Assembly (NCBI GenBank): GCA_977017645.1
Contig: OZ360230.1
Location: forward strand, 61,194,001-61,258,000
Source: Torpedo marmorata
Lineage: Eukaryota
DNA: 64,000 nt
Reading direction: 5' to 3'
This document shows positions 51,885-64,000 of the stretch, in pieces (position 1 is the stretch's first letter; every line of letters begins with the position of its first letter). The position numbers were made by a program, and so were the translations under genes. Under the pieces are notes generated by a model. It was not told the origin of the DNA, did not search any database, and saw only the letters and a list, made by a program, of their open reading frames with translations.

Positions 51885-53459
51885 CTCAGATATCCTGTAG
51901 CAGGTGGCATATCCAACACTGGATGGAAGTTTTTTAAAATTACGACAAAACATAGAGTGGAGCTGTGAAGAATATTTTTACATTGCTGAAAGCATGAAGA
52001 CACTGATCTGAGCTCACTTGCAGCTGTAACAATGGAGAAGGATGATACTCTTGCTGCTGCTCATTTTCATAAGTTATGTGTGCATGTTTTCATTAAGTCA
52101 TATTATTGATTCTGGAAGATTGTCTTATACTGCTATTTCATCAGTATGAAAAGAGTTGTGTATTGCAGAGCATTTCAGACTGATTCATTCTATTTTTGGC
52201 CTCCCACATCATCTTTTGGAAAAGTTGTCTCTGTGATTGGAAATTTTCGTCAGATTCATGAATATTTTGCTTATATTCAAAAAAGCAGGTGATGCCTAAC
52301 ATATTTGAGGTGAATCTGTAATATTGAATGCATACATGATAATTATTGTTGTAATTATCATCTTGAACAAGGCCTCGTCCTCATTGTGAGCTGATTTGTT
52401 GTTTGGTGCACCCTGCTGTGATTTAACGTGTCATTGTCTGGTCATTCAGAATCCTCTCCTGTGGTGCTTGTGTTTTTGGGGGACTTCTGCTGGAGACCCT
52501 CTAAATTTGGATCACATGTCAAGTCTGATTGGGATACCAAATGGTATAGGCTTCAAGTGACAGGTGCAATGTCAGGAATTTTATCCGGGTGTCACCAGTT
52601 GCAAACTAGGCAATAGCAGGCTCCAAATGCAAATATATGCTGAACATCACGACATCAAAACCCCAAGCCCATGACGAGGATGGGATTCAAACTCACGCAA
52701 GCATTGCACAATGGACACGCAGTCCTCCATCTTAACCTCTCAGCCACTTGGTACGAGCTGTGTGTGAGGGATTTGAGAGATTTCCTCTTTCCAGAAATCA
52801 TTTGGATAAAGCAATCAATGATCTGAACGATAGCTGACATCAAACATGTTTTTCACAATATCACATTTCCTCCATTTTCCTAAAATGTCATTTGCTTTCG
52901 CAGCTGGAGGGTAGACTCATTGCAAGTTTTACACTAATTGAGTAGTTTTAAATGGCTTGCAAGTTCAAAATGCAATGTCTTCATAAATTTCTTGTCTCCT
53001 AGATTCTGCACGTGACAATGAGATAATGTACCTGCACCATTTGGGCACAATGTACCTGCACTCTGCACTTATCGCATTGGGAAATTGTAATTCCAAAATA
53101 GCCCAGTATGTCACCAAATGACAATTGAAAATTAGTTGGGTTCAGATGGAACATTATATGTGGCAGGTTCAATGCCATTGCTGCATGGTCAACATTTGCG
53201 TTCTTCTTCAATTGCAACCAATGCTTGAACACAGTTCATTCCCTCGATCGTTTGAGGTCACCACATGCAACCTCGACGTTTGCTCAATCAAGGGTTGAAT
53301 TATTTGGTGACCAGCACCACCATCCGTTTCCAAAGAAACTGTTTTCTTTGGAGGCTGTCATAATGCACCACTGAGATACTAGAGGTAGAGTTTTATGGTG
53401 AACCGCCTTTCCAAGTACTGCATTGATGCACATAGCACACATTCTTGCAGAAACACTGC

Positions 53460-54017
53460 ATCAAGTTCATTATCATCTGATTGTACAAGTACAACTCGAC
53501 GAAACAGCGTTCTCCGGTCCTCGGTGCAAAAAAATGTAAACACACACCCAGACATGAAACACATGCAAATGATACAGATGCAGTGCGTATCTATATATAT
53601 TGTTTAATAAATAGTAGAGTCTTGGAGTGTTTGTATGAGCAGTTCCTTTCAGTTGTTCAGCATTCTCACTGCCCGTGGGAAGAAACTGTTCCTCAGCCTG
53701 GTGGTGCTGGCTCTGATGTTCCTGTATCTCTTTCTCGATGGGAGCAGCTGAAAGATGCTGTGTGTGGGGTGGTAGGGGTCCCGAATGATTTTGCGAACCC
53801 TCTTCAGGCAACGATCCCAGTAGATCACGTTGATTGGGGGGAGGGGGGGAGGGAGACTCCAGTGATCCTCTCTGCCTCTCTTATGGTCCTGAGGATTGAC
53901 CTCTGATCCAATGCTCTACAGCAAATGAACCACACTTTGATGCAGCCGGCCAGGACGCTCTCGATAGAGCTCCTGTTGAAAGTTGACAGGATGGTGGCTG
54001 GTAGCCTTGCCCGCCTC
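53460..54017 (-). mobile_element. Rex1/Babar LINE 3' fragment
   Basis: Reverse complement resembles 1690-2000 plus 5424-5650 (..FQLLPS..RYR.IRA.TTRLRNSFFP.AVR.LN; tail gatgataatgaacttga). Confidence 0.75.
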
Positions 54018-54472
54018 TACATGACGCTTTAGCCAGATGTTGGAAGCAACATCAATCACAAAATCAAAGCATTAACCACAACCAGAGTTGCTTCTCTCTT
54101 TCAGATTTTATCTAAGATTAAGAGGTTGGGCAAATCACTACTCTGGGTCTGAAAAGGATCAATGAGGGCATAAACCACATCATCTAAATAGAAAATGCTT
54201 CTGGACTGTTAAATATCAGGGAAAAGCAAGATGGAAGAGATGAATCATACACCGCTTATCGTGTTGTTTTAAATCTGTCAAGGCCAAAGAAATCCAATAA
54301 TTGAAGTGATCTCTGAACAAAGCCCTACATCAATCTTGCCTGAGGTTTACCCACTTTAACTGACACATCTTTTTTTCAGCTGGTAAACCTGGCTTGCCTG
54401 CCTGCTCTCCTTCAGTGTACAAAATTACAGTCTGCAAATATTAACCATTCTCATCCTGCAATCTCTCCCAGA

Positions 54473-55325
54473 GTAGATGGAAGATGGCAGCGCGGCCGGA
54501 GCTGGTCTAACAGCAGCGCTTCCGATGTTGCGGACCCGCGGAGATCAGGGAGCAGAGTCACAGCACTCCCGTGGGGTCAAACTTCTCAGTCACCCTGCCG
54601 TCAGCTCCGTACAGGCTTTAAACGGCCTGTTAATGGAGCCGACGGTGGTTTTATTTAAAAATTCTGCGACCGCGGGGTCTGCACCAAAGATGGCGGCGCC
54701 TATGATTGGCAGCAGCCACAAGGGGTTGCAGACTTCGGGGAAGCAGAGGTCTGGCGCGGGGCACCAGAAAACAGGGAAACCACCATCCGTTTGAGAAGGA
54801 AAAGCAGAGGAGACAACCCATGGGACGGTGCCACAGCAGTGGACCAGCAAGGGGCTCTGCGGTTGAAGAAACACACAGGCGGCGGGCTGTTGGCGACTCA
54901 GGGCGAGGAACCCACGCAGACTGCAGGCGACTGCAGTCGGAGGACTCACACCAGGCTGCAGACTGCTGGAGACTAGCTGAAGGGGCACCAGTTATCGGAA
55001 CCGAGATGCGAGAGGGTGCAAAGGGCGCTGAAGGTTACCTTATCGTGTCGGAGGTTCGGATCTGGATCTCGGGCCGCTGGTGGTTTGGACTGGACTCTGT
55101 ATGGCTGTGGGTGCTGCGGGAGCGCACTGGAGGCGAATCCATAGACACTCAGTGACTCTGGGGGGAACTCTCTTTTGCTTCTCTTTCTCTGACTGTGAGG
55201 CGCTTCACGCAATTTCTGCAGATGGCAAATCTGTCTGCCTCACGGCAGACGAAAGCAAACTCCGTGTAATATTGCACTGTCTTTATTACATGACAATAAA
55301 TTGAATAAATAAAAATAAATAAGAA
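54473..55325 (+). mobile_element. GC-rich non-autonomous retro-element, copy 1
   Basis: Colinear with 57855-58685; aagatggcggcg motif; tail tgacaataaattgaataa. Confidence 0.7.
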
Positions 55326-55512
55326 TATAGTTACTTTCCTTCCAGCTGGCATCTTTAGATTAGATTGAAAAGCCTTTGGGATCCATCACCTGTTTCCTGC
55401 GGTGGCTCATCTCTAAGATGTGACGGAGTGAAGCCAGGAGCCAGGTTTCCAACAATTGTTGTGGAGCAAGTCTTTTAAATATTCACCTTGGCTCCTCACA
55501 CTTTGTTGTGGA

Positions 55513-55900
55513 TAGAACCATAGAACATTACAGCACAGGAACAGGCCCTTCTAGTCTGTGCCAAACCATTATTCTGCCTCGTCCCACTGACCTGCACCCA
55601 GTCCATAGCCCTCCATACCTCTCCTATCCATGTACCTGTCCAAATTCTTCTTAAATGTTATAATTGAGCCCGCATTCACCTCCTCAGCTGGCAGATCGTT
55701 CCACACCCCCACCACTCTGTGTGAAGAAGTTCCCCATCATGTTCCCCCTAAACCTTTCCTCTTTCACTCGTAACCCACGTTCTCTGGTTTGTATCTCACC
55801 TATCCTCAGTGGAAAAAGCTTAACTACATTTACTGTCTATCTCCCTCATAATTTCAAATACCTCTATCAAATCTCCCCTCATTCTGCGCTCCAGGGAATA
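55513..55900 (-). mobile_element. CR1 LINE 3' end
   Basis: tagaaccatagaacattacagcacaggaacaggccctt is the reverse complement of a CR1 tail; resembles 9300-9700. Confidence 0.8.
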
Positions 55901-57145
55901 GATATTTTTCCTTGGCACAGGGTTGATCTCTGCAAAAGTATCTCCATGTGCCCACATCTGGGAAAGATCATCACATGGACAGAGGAGCTTGGGCAACATT
56001 GATCAGGCGAGCAGCTGAGATGGCAGGAAATCAAGGGTCACTCACCATGCAAGTTGTACACCTAGCATAAAGCAGTGCAAAGTCCCAAGGAACAGGACTG
56101 AGTAAAGCAAAGACCTCAAGACACAGGAGCAGAGATAGGCTATTCAGCTCATCGAGCCAGAGTAAATTGGGTAAGGCAGAGGTAGGTTGGGGGAGGGGGA
56201 GGGGGATTGAGCCAGGGTTGTAGCACAGAAAGGGGAACTCAACCTGAGGTGGGATGGCCTGGGGGAAGTTGGCAGATACAGGGAGGAGGGAGAGGGAGGG
56301 AGGCCAGCAATGGGACTCGAGGCGAGGAACCCATGCAGGCTGCGGGCTGCTGTGGTCGAGGAATTCACACCCGGCTGCGGACTGCTGGAGACTGGCTGAA
56401 GGAGTACCAGGGATCAGAACCGCGACGCAATCGGGCACTGAGGGCTTCCTGATCATGTCGGAGGTTTGGATCTGGAGCTTGGCTGCCGATAGTTTGAATT
56501 GGACTCTGTGTTGGCTGCAGGCTGTTCAGCCCATCGAGCCAAGGGCAGGTTGGGCCAGGGTTAAAGCACAGAGAGGGGAACTCAACCTGAGGTGGGGTGG
56601 GTGGCCTGTGGGAAGCTGGCAGATACAGGCCAGCAATGGGAGCAGGGTGAGGAGCGTTGGGTCGAATGCAGGGAGAGACAGAGGCCTGGTCAAAGGGTGA
56701 TGGTTGAAAGAGAGACGGCAGCACAACAGCCATTTATTTCTCCCTCCAAAGCCCGCGCGGGTAGTGTCTGGCGCCCAACGGACAGCAGCGACGAACGCCA
56801 GGCTGGGGCAGCAGCCGATTGGGCGAAGCCGATAGATGGGCGGGACCAATGGGAGTGCTGGACGCGCGCTGACACAGGGACGGAGAAGCGGGTGAGTGAC
56901 AGGAAAGAGCAGTTTACGATTGGACGGATGGGCAGGACCAATTGATGGGCGGGACCAATGGGTGAGCGGGACGCGAGCAAGCGCAGGACCGATGCATGGT
57001 GAGGAGGCGAGAGGGAGAGATGAAGACAATGGGGTGGGTGGTGAGATCGGGGAGAGGAGCTGCAGGGACGTTGGTTGGAGTTTGGGGATTGGAGATTGCC
57101 TGTGGAAAGGGATGGGCACAGAGACGTGTTCCAAATGCTACGGTC

Positions 57146-57350
57146 GGTGAGTTCGTCCTGTCAATGCAGTAGCCATGCCACAGTGAGTTCAAAACATCAA
57201 TGCACCAATGCAGGTACAGTGAGTTCACAGGATCAAGGTTCCAATGCAGCAGTCCAGTGACAGTTTGCACCATCAATGCACCAATGCAGTGGCCATGACA
57301 GTGAGTCCTCACCATCAATGCACCAATGCAACAGACCAGTAACAGTTCAC
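57146..57350. repeat. Imperfect ~40-bp tandem repeat (cagtgagttc...catcaatgcaccaatgcag)
   Basis: Motif catcaatgcaccaatgca recurs three times (~57196, 57270, 57313), with partial copies between. Confidence 0.75.
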
Positions 57351-57653
57351 GCCTTCAGTGAAGATAAATCTTGGACTAATATTGTCATTTCAAGTTTCAC
57401 AGTTAATTTTACTGACGTAATAATACATTAAAAATGTACCATACATCATATATTTTTGCCTGCCGCAAGGCAGACAAAGAGTCGCCATTAGTATTGCCCG
57501 GCGCCCCTTACAGTACAAGAGAAAGACATTTGCTAAGATAGTGGCAACCCACCATAGATGTGCTGTGTATTATATCTTTGTTTCTCTGCAAGTTGTGGAT
57601 GCTATTGAAAATGCCGACATTTATTGTTCATGCCCAATTACCTCCACCTGGAG

Positions 57654-57846
57654 CAGCCATTCTCAACCTTTTTAAGCTATGGCCCCTTAGGACTCTGCTC
57701 AAAGTTTATGGGCCCCCTTCCCTATGAAGCAGTCACATTTAGTTGGTTTCTTCCATACTTCTCTACTACCAACTACACCAAAAACATTTTAAAATTTTAA
57801 TCTGTGCCCCCACTTAAATGTGTGTACGGCCCCTGTTGAATGGCTG
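57654..57846. mobile_element. hAT/Charlie-like MITE
   Basis: TIRs cagccattctcaac / gttgaatggctg; 8-bp TSD acctggag / aactggag. Confidence 0.75.
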
Positions 57847-57854
57847 AACTGGAG

Positions 57855-58685
57855 GATGCAGTGAGGAGCGCTGGTGCGGACCCGCGGGGAGCGTGGGAGC
57901 GGAGATACAGCGCTCCCGCGGGGTCCAGCCGCCCAGTCTACTACAGTCGGTTCCGCACGGGCTTTGAACGACCCGTTAAAGGAGCCGACGGTGGTTTTAT
58001 TTAAGATCCCGCGACCGCGGGGTCTGCGCCCAAGATGGCAGCGCCTTTTAACCGGCAGCAGCCACGAGGGGCTGCAGATTCCGGGGAAGTGGAGGACTGG
58101 AGCAGGGCACCAGAGGACGGGAAGAACACCCCCGTCTGAGAAGGAGAAGCGGAGGAGACGACCCACGGGACGGTGACCAGGGCAGCGGACCGGTGAGGGG
58201 ATCTGAGGCTGAAGGACCAGTGCATGCGGTGGGCTGCTGGCGACTCGAGGCGAGGAACCCGCGGAGGCTGTGGGCTGCTGGAGACTGCTGTCGGGGGACT
58301 TACGCCGGGCTGCGGACTGCTGGAGGCTGGCTCGAACTGGCTGGAGGAGTACCAGGTATCGGAACCGGGATGCGAGGGGGTGCCGAGGGCGACCTGACCA
58401 TGTTGGAAGTTCGGATCTGGAGCTCGGGATGCCGATGGTTTGGACTGGACTCTGTGGCTGCGGAGGCTGCGGAATCGCTGGAGGCGAATCTGTGGACACT
58501 TGGTGACTCTGGGGGGACTTTCTTTTGCTTCTCTTTCTCTGACTGTAAGGAATGTTAGAGGCGCTTAGGCAATTTCTGCCGGTGGCGAATCTGTCTGCCT
58601 TGCAGCAGGCAAAAAGAAATTTCATGGAATATGACACTGTTTTATTACTATGACAATAAATTGAATCTTGAATTGAAATTGAATC
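57855..58685 (+). mobile_element. GC-rich non-autonomous retro-element, copy 2
   Basis: Colinear with 54505-55310; tail tgacaataaattgaatcttgaattgaaattgaat. Confidence 0.7.
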
Positions 58686-59029
58686 TGGATGAGCCTGGAG
58701 TCACATGGAAGCCACACCAAGTGAGAATGGTAGAATTCATTCCCTCAAGCTGATTAATGAACGGATGTGTTTATCTTAAATACAACAACTTAATGTTTTG
58801 TGTTTATTATCACAAATACGAGCTTTCTGGGGGAAATCCTGTTCATATAATTAACTGACTTTAAGATCATCAGCTGCCATGGTGGGATTCAAACTTGTGC
58901 TTCTGGATCAGCGGTTCAAATCTGTACCTGTTTAGTTCAATGACTTGAACACAATACAACTGTACTGTCCCTTGCATGAGGATACATGAGCTCCAATGTT
59001 TCATTTACTAAATGAAAATTTGTAATTTT

Positions 59030-59265
59030 AAAATTTAGACATGCAGCATGGTAACAGGCCCTTTCCGCCCACGAGCACATGCTGCCCAATTACACCTAAT
59101 TGACCTACAACCACCGGTACATTTTTGAATGGTGGGAGGAAACCGGAGCACCCGGCGAAAACCCACGCAGACACGGGGAGAATGTACCAACTCCTCACAG
59201 ACCCTGGTCCCGATCGCTGGCGCTGTAACAGCGTTGTGCTAACCGCCACGCTAACCGTGCCGCCC
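59030..59265 (-). mobile_element. tRNA-derived V-SINE (HE1-like)
   Basis: Reverse complement: gggcggcacggttagcgtggcggttagc head, tgcgtgggttttcgccgggtgctccggtttcctcccacc central domain, CR1-like tail; flanked by taatttt on both sides. Confidence 0.8.
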
Positions 59266-59878
59266 TAATTTTCCTCTTTGTCCCTCACTACTACATCCAT
59301 CCAGTGTGTGTATTTTCATGCAAGGAATTGTTTATTTTGTGGCCGTTAGAGAGACATGGCTGCAAGGGGAACGGGATTTATAGCTCAATGTTCTTGGGTT
59401 TCGGTGTTTTAGATGGGATGGAGAAGGGGTAAAAGAGGCAAAGATGTAGTATTGCTGATCAGGGAAAGTGTCACAGGTGCACTCGGAGAGGTTATAACGG
59501 TGGGCTCAACTACTCAGGCCATGTGGGTAGAGATCAGAAATGAAGGTGAAATTACTCTGATAGGCCTCCCAATAGTCACCAGGAGGTGGAGGAACAGATA
59601 TGTAGTTAGATTCTGGAAAGTTGCAAAAGCAACAGAGTTGCAGTAGTGGGAGACTTTAATTTCCCCAATATCGACTGGGGCGTTCTTATTGCCAGAAGCT
59701 TAGCTTAGAATTTGTTAAGTGCATCCAGGAGAGTTTCTTGAAGCAGCATGTCGATAACAAAACCAGGAAGGGGACCATACGAGACCTTGGATTGGCAAAT
59801 GAGCCTGGCCAGATGATCAGAGTTCGAGTGGGGGATAATTTTGGGAATAGTGATCACTCTTCCTTCACTTTTGAGATA

Positions 59879-62800
59879 CAGTAAGTCCTTGAATAACGTC
59901 GTTTCGCTCAACGTCGTTTCGTTATAACGTTAAAGAAAAAAAATAAAATAAAATAACGTGCCACACTTTATTATTGTTTGGGTTTGATCTGAATGCTCAT
60001 AGGTGCTGCCTCTTACAATTTTTGCTTTTCAAACAATTATTCCTTGATTTCAATATAGCTAGATTAATTAGTTTAATTAATCTACATACAAAGAAGGAAG
60101 ATTTACCATTAGTTTTAACTTCAGACGCCGAAAAGGCTTTTGATAGATTAGAGTGGATTTTTTTATTTAAGGTATTGGAGAAATTTGGTTTTGGAAGTAC
60201 ATTTATTAATTGGATTAAAATTATATATAAAGAACCATCTGCTAAAGTAGTTACAAATGGACAAATTTCTTCAAAATTTCCTTTGACTCGATCTACTAGA
60301 CAAGGATGTCCTTTGTCACCAGCGTTATTTATTTTGGCGATAGAACCTATGGCAGAATTAGTTAGAAAAGATCCTAAAATAGTTGGTATTAAAGTTGGAA
60401 TGGAAGAACATAAAATTAGTTTATTTGCAGATGATGTATTGATATATATGACAAAATCTACTACATCTTTAGTACAATTGTCTGTGTTATTGACAGAATA
60501 TGGGGAAATATCTGGATATAAAATTAATTCCGATAAAAGTGAAATTATGGCACTATCACAAGGGGATTATAGTAGATGTAAAGAAATTACACAATTTAAA
60601 TGGGCAAAGGAAGGAATTAAATATTTGGGAATAAGGGTTGACACAAAATTGGCTAATTTATACAAATTAAATTATTTACCATTATTTGTGAAAATAAAAA
60701 AAGATTTAGAAAATTGGAAAGATTTACCTATAACTTTAATGGGAAGAGTAAATTGTATTAAAATGAATGTTTTTCCAAGAATTCAATATCTTTTTCAATC
60801 AATTCCTTATGAAATTCCTCAAAAATGTTTTAAAGATTTAAATTCAATTATTAGAAAATTTTTATGGAAAGGAAAGTTAGCAAGAGTAGGTATGGAAAAA
60901 CTAACTTGGAATTATGAAATGGGTGGTTTACAACTTCCTAATTTCCAAAATTATTATAAAGCAGCTCAATTAAAATTTGTTAATGAATTTTTTGATTCAA
61001 CTAAATCTTCTGCTTGGATTAAAATAGAATTAAATAATATAGGAGAAGATTCCAAAGAAGAAGTTGTTTATAAATGGGATTCTAAATTATTATCAACAAG
61101 AAAGAAAAATTCTCCTATTCTTAAACATTTGTTAGAAATATGGAATAAGACGGATAAGGAAATAGGAGGAAAAGGATTGATTTCTTCAAGGATGCCTTTA
61201 TATCAAAATGGACTTATTCCATTTACTATTAATAATCAATTATTTAAAATTTGGTTTCAAAAAGGAATTAAGAAAATAAATGACTGTTTTGAAGCTGGGA
61301 AATTTATTACTTTTCAAAGAATGAAAGATAAATTTAATATATTAGATAATACACTTTTTGCTTATTATCAAATTAGAGCTTTTCTGACTGAGAAATTAGG
61401 TTATGCTTTGATTTTACCAAGACAGAATGAATTAGAATTATTAGTTACTAAAGGAGATGTAAATAAATTTATTTCTCAAATGTATAAATTGTTTCAGAGG
61501 AAAATTCCTAAAGTAGGAATTCATAAATCAAGATTAAAATGGGAATTAGATTTGAATGTAATAATAGATGAAAATCATTGGAAAGAATTATGTAAATTAA
61601 GTATGATGAAGATTATTAATGTTAGATATAGATTAGTACAATACAATTTTTTTCATCAATTATATTTAACACCTAAAAAACTAAAGAAATTTAATCCGAC
61701 ATTATCAGGTTTATGTTTTAGATGTAATAAAGGGGAAGGTTCTTTTGTACATTCTACATGGTTTTGTCCAAAAGTTTATGATTTTTGGTTGAAAGTTAAA
61801 AAATTTTTAGATAAAGTATTTAAGATTATATTTCCAATGGATCCTATGATATTTTTGTTCGGAGATATTAGAAAATTTAGTATTAAGATGAAATTAAACA
61901 TGTATCAAATAGAATTTTTGCAAATTGCTTTAGCTGTTTCAAAGAAATGTATTGCTATTACTTGGAAATCTGATTTAGATTTAGGATTAGAAAGATGGCA
62001 TGCAGAACTTCGTTCATGTATACCACTTGAAAAAATTACTTACAATTTACGTAATAAATATCATTTTTTCTTAAAAATTTGGAGCCCATATATGAAAGTT
62101 GTTGGTTTAAGGATTTGAAGATCTCTGGGTATCGGATCTACTGGCATACCTGACCTCCATAATAGAATTAGTTTATAGATGTATTTTTTTTAGATTGGCA
62201 TTCTCCTTACTCTATCTTTTTCTTTCTTCTTTTTTTTTCTTCTTTTTCTATTTTTATTTTATTTATTTATTTTTTATTAGATTAGTGGGGTTGGGAGGGT
62301 TGGGGAGGGGAGGGTGGGAGGGGGGTTGAAAATGTATCACAAATATTTTGATAATTTCATATTTTATTTTATGTATTTTGTTATTTAAAAAATTTAAATA
62401 AAATATTTTTTAAAGAAAATTATTCCTTGATTTATCCCTGCTGCAATGAGCGCTTAAAGTGTACTATGCACCCCTGCTGACTGTGGCCACAAAAACCAGA
62501 GAACCATCTATCACTCCACTCCAACCTGAAGCAACACCAGGTCCCTCAGGAATTTCTTGCAACACTCCCACCCTCACCTTCTGTGACGATGACGACCAAG
62601 CTGCTTCTCTGCCCTTCAGTGATGACGATCACTGCGGGATCCCAATCACCTCCCTCCCCACACCAGCCAGCACCACTACGACCGCCGTCACTCACTGAGT
62701 CACCAAAATTGATTAAATAATTTTTATTTGTTTTATTAATCTTTCCTAAATGTCTGTATAGCACACATTTATTTCAATGTTTAATATTAGAAGTGTTTTG

Positions 62801-62957
62801 GGTTATTATTTAGAAGTTTGGTGATGTGTTTGTGACCAGAAATAATCTGTAGGAACTTAACTTTTATTTTTATCATTGAGCCGAGGTAAAATTGGTTTTG
62901 TTTAATGTTGTTTCACTTTCCAAGAACGTATCACTAATGTTATGTGAGGAGTTTCTG
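59879..62957. mobile_element. Tigger-like MITE (TA TSD) hosting an L1
   Basis: ta|cagtaagtccttgaataacgt ... atgttatgtgaggagtttctg|ta imperfect TIRs. Confidence 0.65.
60051..62417 (+). mobile_element. Young 5'-truncated L1-clade LINE with an uninterrupted ORF2 fragment (~690 aa, RT to CCHC)
   Basis: Open frame to 62118 with TRQGCPLSP, FADD, CFRC..H..W.C; 16-bp TSD aattattccttgattt at 60035-60050 and 62418-62433. Confidence 0.93.
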
Positions 62958-64000
62958 TAGTTATGGTCAAGGATAAGCTTGGGTCTACAAGTATTAAACT
63001 GGAGAAAGGCAAACAGGCTGAGACAGGAGCTGAGGGAGTAAACTGAGAGGAGCTGTTATCGGGCAAGCCCACAACTGACGTGTGGGAGTTGTTGAAGGAT
63101 CAACTGATGAGAGACCAGCATCATCAGCATGTTCTAGTGCGAAGGTAAGATAGGGATGGCAAGGTCAGAGAACCTTGGATGACGAGAGAGATCATGAACT
63201 TAGTCAAGAACAAAAAGGAGGCATATGTTAGACTCAGGAAGCTGCAATCAGATAGGGTCTTGGAGGAACAAAAAGATTGTAGGAATGAGATCAAACTGGG
63301 CATTCTGAAGGCCAATGAGATGTTCATGGTGAGCAGGATTAAAGATGTCCCAGGAAATTTGTACTTACATGAAAAACAAGGATGACTCGGGAGAGCATGG
63401 GACCACTCAAGGACTTAGGAGGGAATTTATGCTTGGAGGAAGTTGTTGATGTACTAAATGAGTACTTTACATCAGTGTTTAAGAATTAGAAGGACATGAA
63501 AAGTGATGGGGAGCATACTGTGGAGAATGCTCATGTGTTGGGACATTTTGAGTTCTAGAAAGAGGTGGTGTCGGGGTTTTGAGGAGGATTAAGGTGGGCA
63601 AGTCCCCTGGGCCTGATGAGATATATGTCCAGTTATTAAAAGTGGCAAGTGAAGAGATTGCTGAGGCCTTGATGAAGATCTTTGCATCTTCATGAGGTCC
63701 CAAAGGACTGGAGAGTGGCTAATGTTGTACCAAGATGGGAAAAAAGGATAATCCAGGAAATTATAGGCCAATAAACCTCACATCAGAGGTTAGCACATTT
63801 TTGGAGATTCCAAATAGGATGTGTCAGTAATTCATACACCTCTTCGCCCTTTTATGACTTGTTAATTTTCATGGATTCTCGTACAAAAGTCACATCTTCA
63901 TTGAGCAATTTCTTAATTCCCTGTTATGGGCAAGGCTAGTTGATCCATTTTCCCACTCAGCCTCACTGCCCGGCCTTCTCCCCATAACCTTTGATGCCCT

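Larger units (their letters stand above)
59335..63830 (+). mobile_element. Degenerate CR1 LINE (endonuclease to start of RT), split by an insertion at 59879-62957
   Basis: GDFNFPNIDW; GNSDH.SFTFE|IVMVKD rejoins across the insertion; KSPGPDEI and DWRVANVV further downstream. Confidence 0.75.

Noticed and set aside
51885-53450. Possible upstream exon or decayed retroelement
   Set aside because: No convincing motif or splice-bounded open frame could be established by eye.
57146-57350. Spaced short repeats resembling a CRISPR array
   Set aside because: Vertebrate context, degenerate repeats with related spacers, no cas genes; an ordinary minisatellite.
54477-58637. Long ORFs (up to 282 aa) on both strands
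   Set aside because: Low-complexity products of GC-rich repeats; frames are not conserved between the two copies.
59974-62118. 714-aa ORF as a host gene or an autonomous LINE
   Set aside because: The first ~26 codons come from flanking MITE sequence upstream of the TSD junction; the element lacks ORF1, the endonuclease and the start of RT.

Overview
Eukaryotic (vertebrate) genomic DNA, most likely from a cartilaginous fish judging by the CR1/HER1-like LINE and V-SINE content (inference). It is dominated by one minus-strand, multi-exon gene of the FCGBP/zonadhesin-like VWD-C8-TIL family. From ~9.8 to 51.8 kb the gene is a tandem array of five nearly identical ~7.9-kb genomic cassettes (period 7904-7906 bp in the interior). 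By hand, each cassette resolves into 13 GT-AG exons (3666 nt, 1222 aa) encoding VWD-C8-TIL-E, VWD-C8-TIL-E, VWD-C8, a MAM domain and a short Thr/Ser-rich linker. Splice phases join across all units into a predicted protein of more than 6100 aa with 15 complete VWD and 5 MAM domains. One more divergent VWD exon lies at 5955-6202. No start/signal-peptide exon or terminal exon was identified in the window. The flanks are nested transposable elements: Rex1/Babar, CR1, L1-clade LINEs, Tigger-like and hAT MITEs, a solo LTR, a V-SINE and a GC-rich non-autonomous element. L1 insertions and shared variants record the history of the array.
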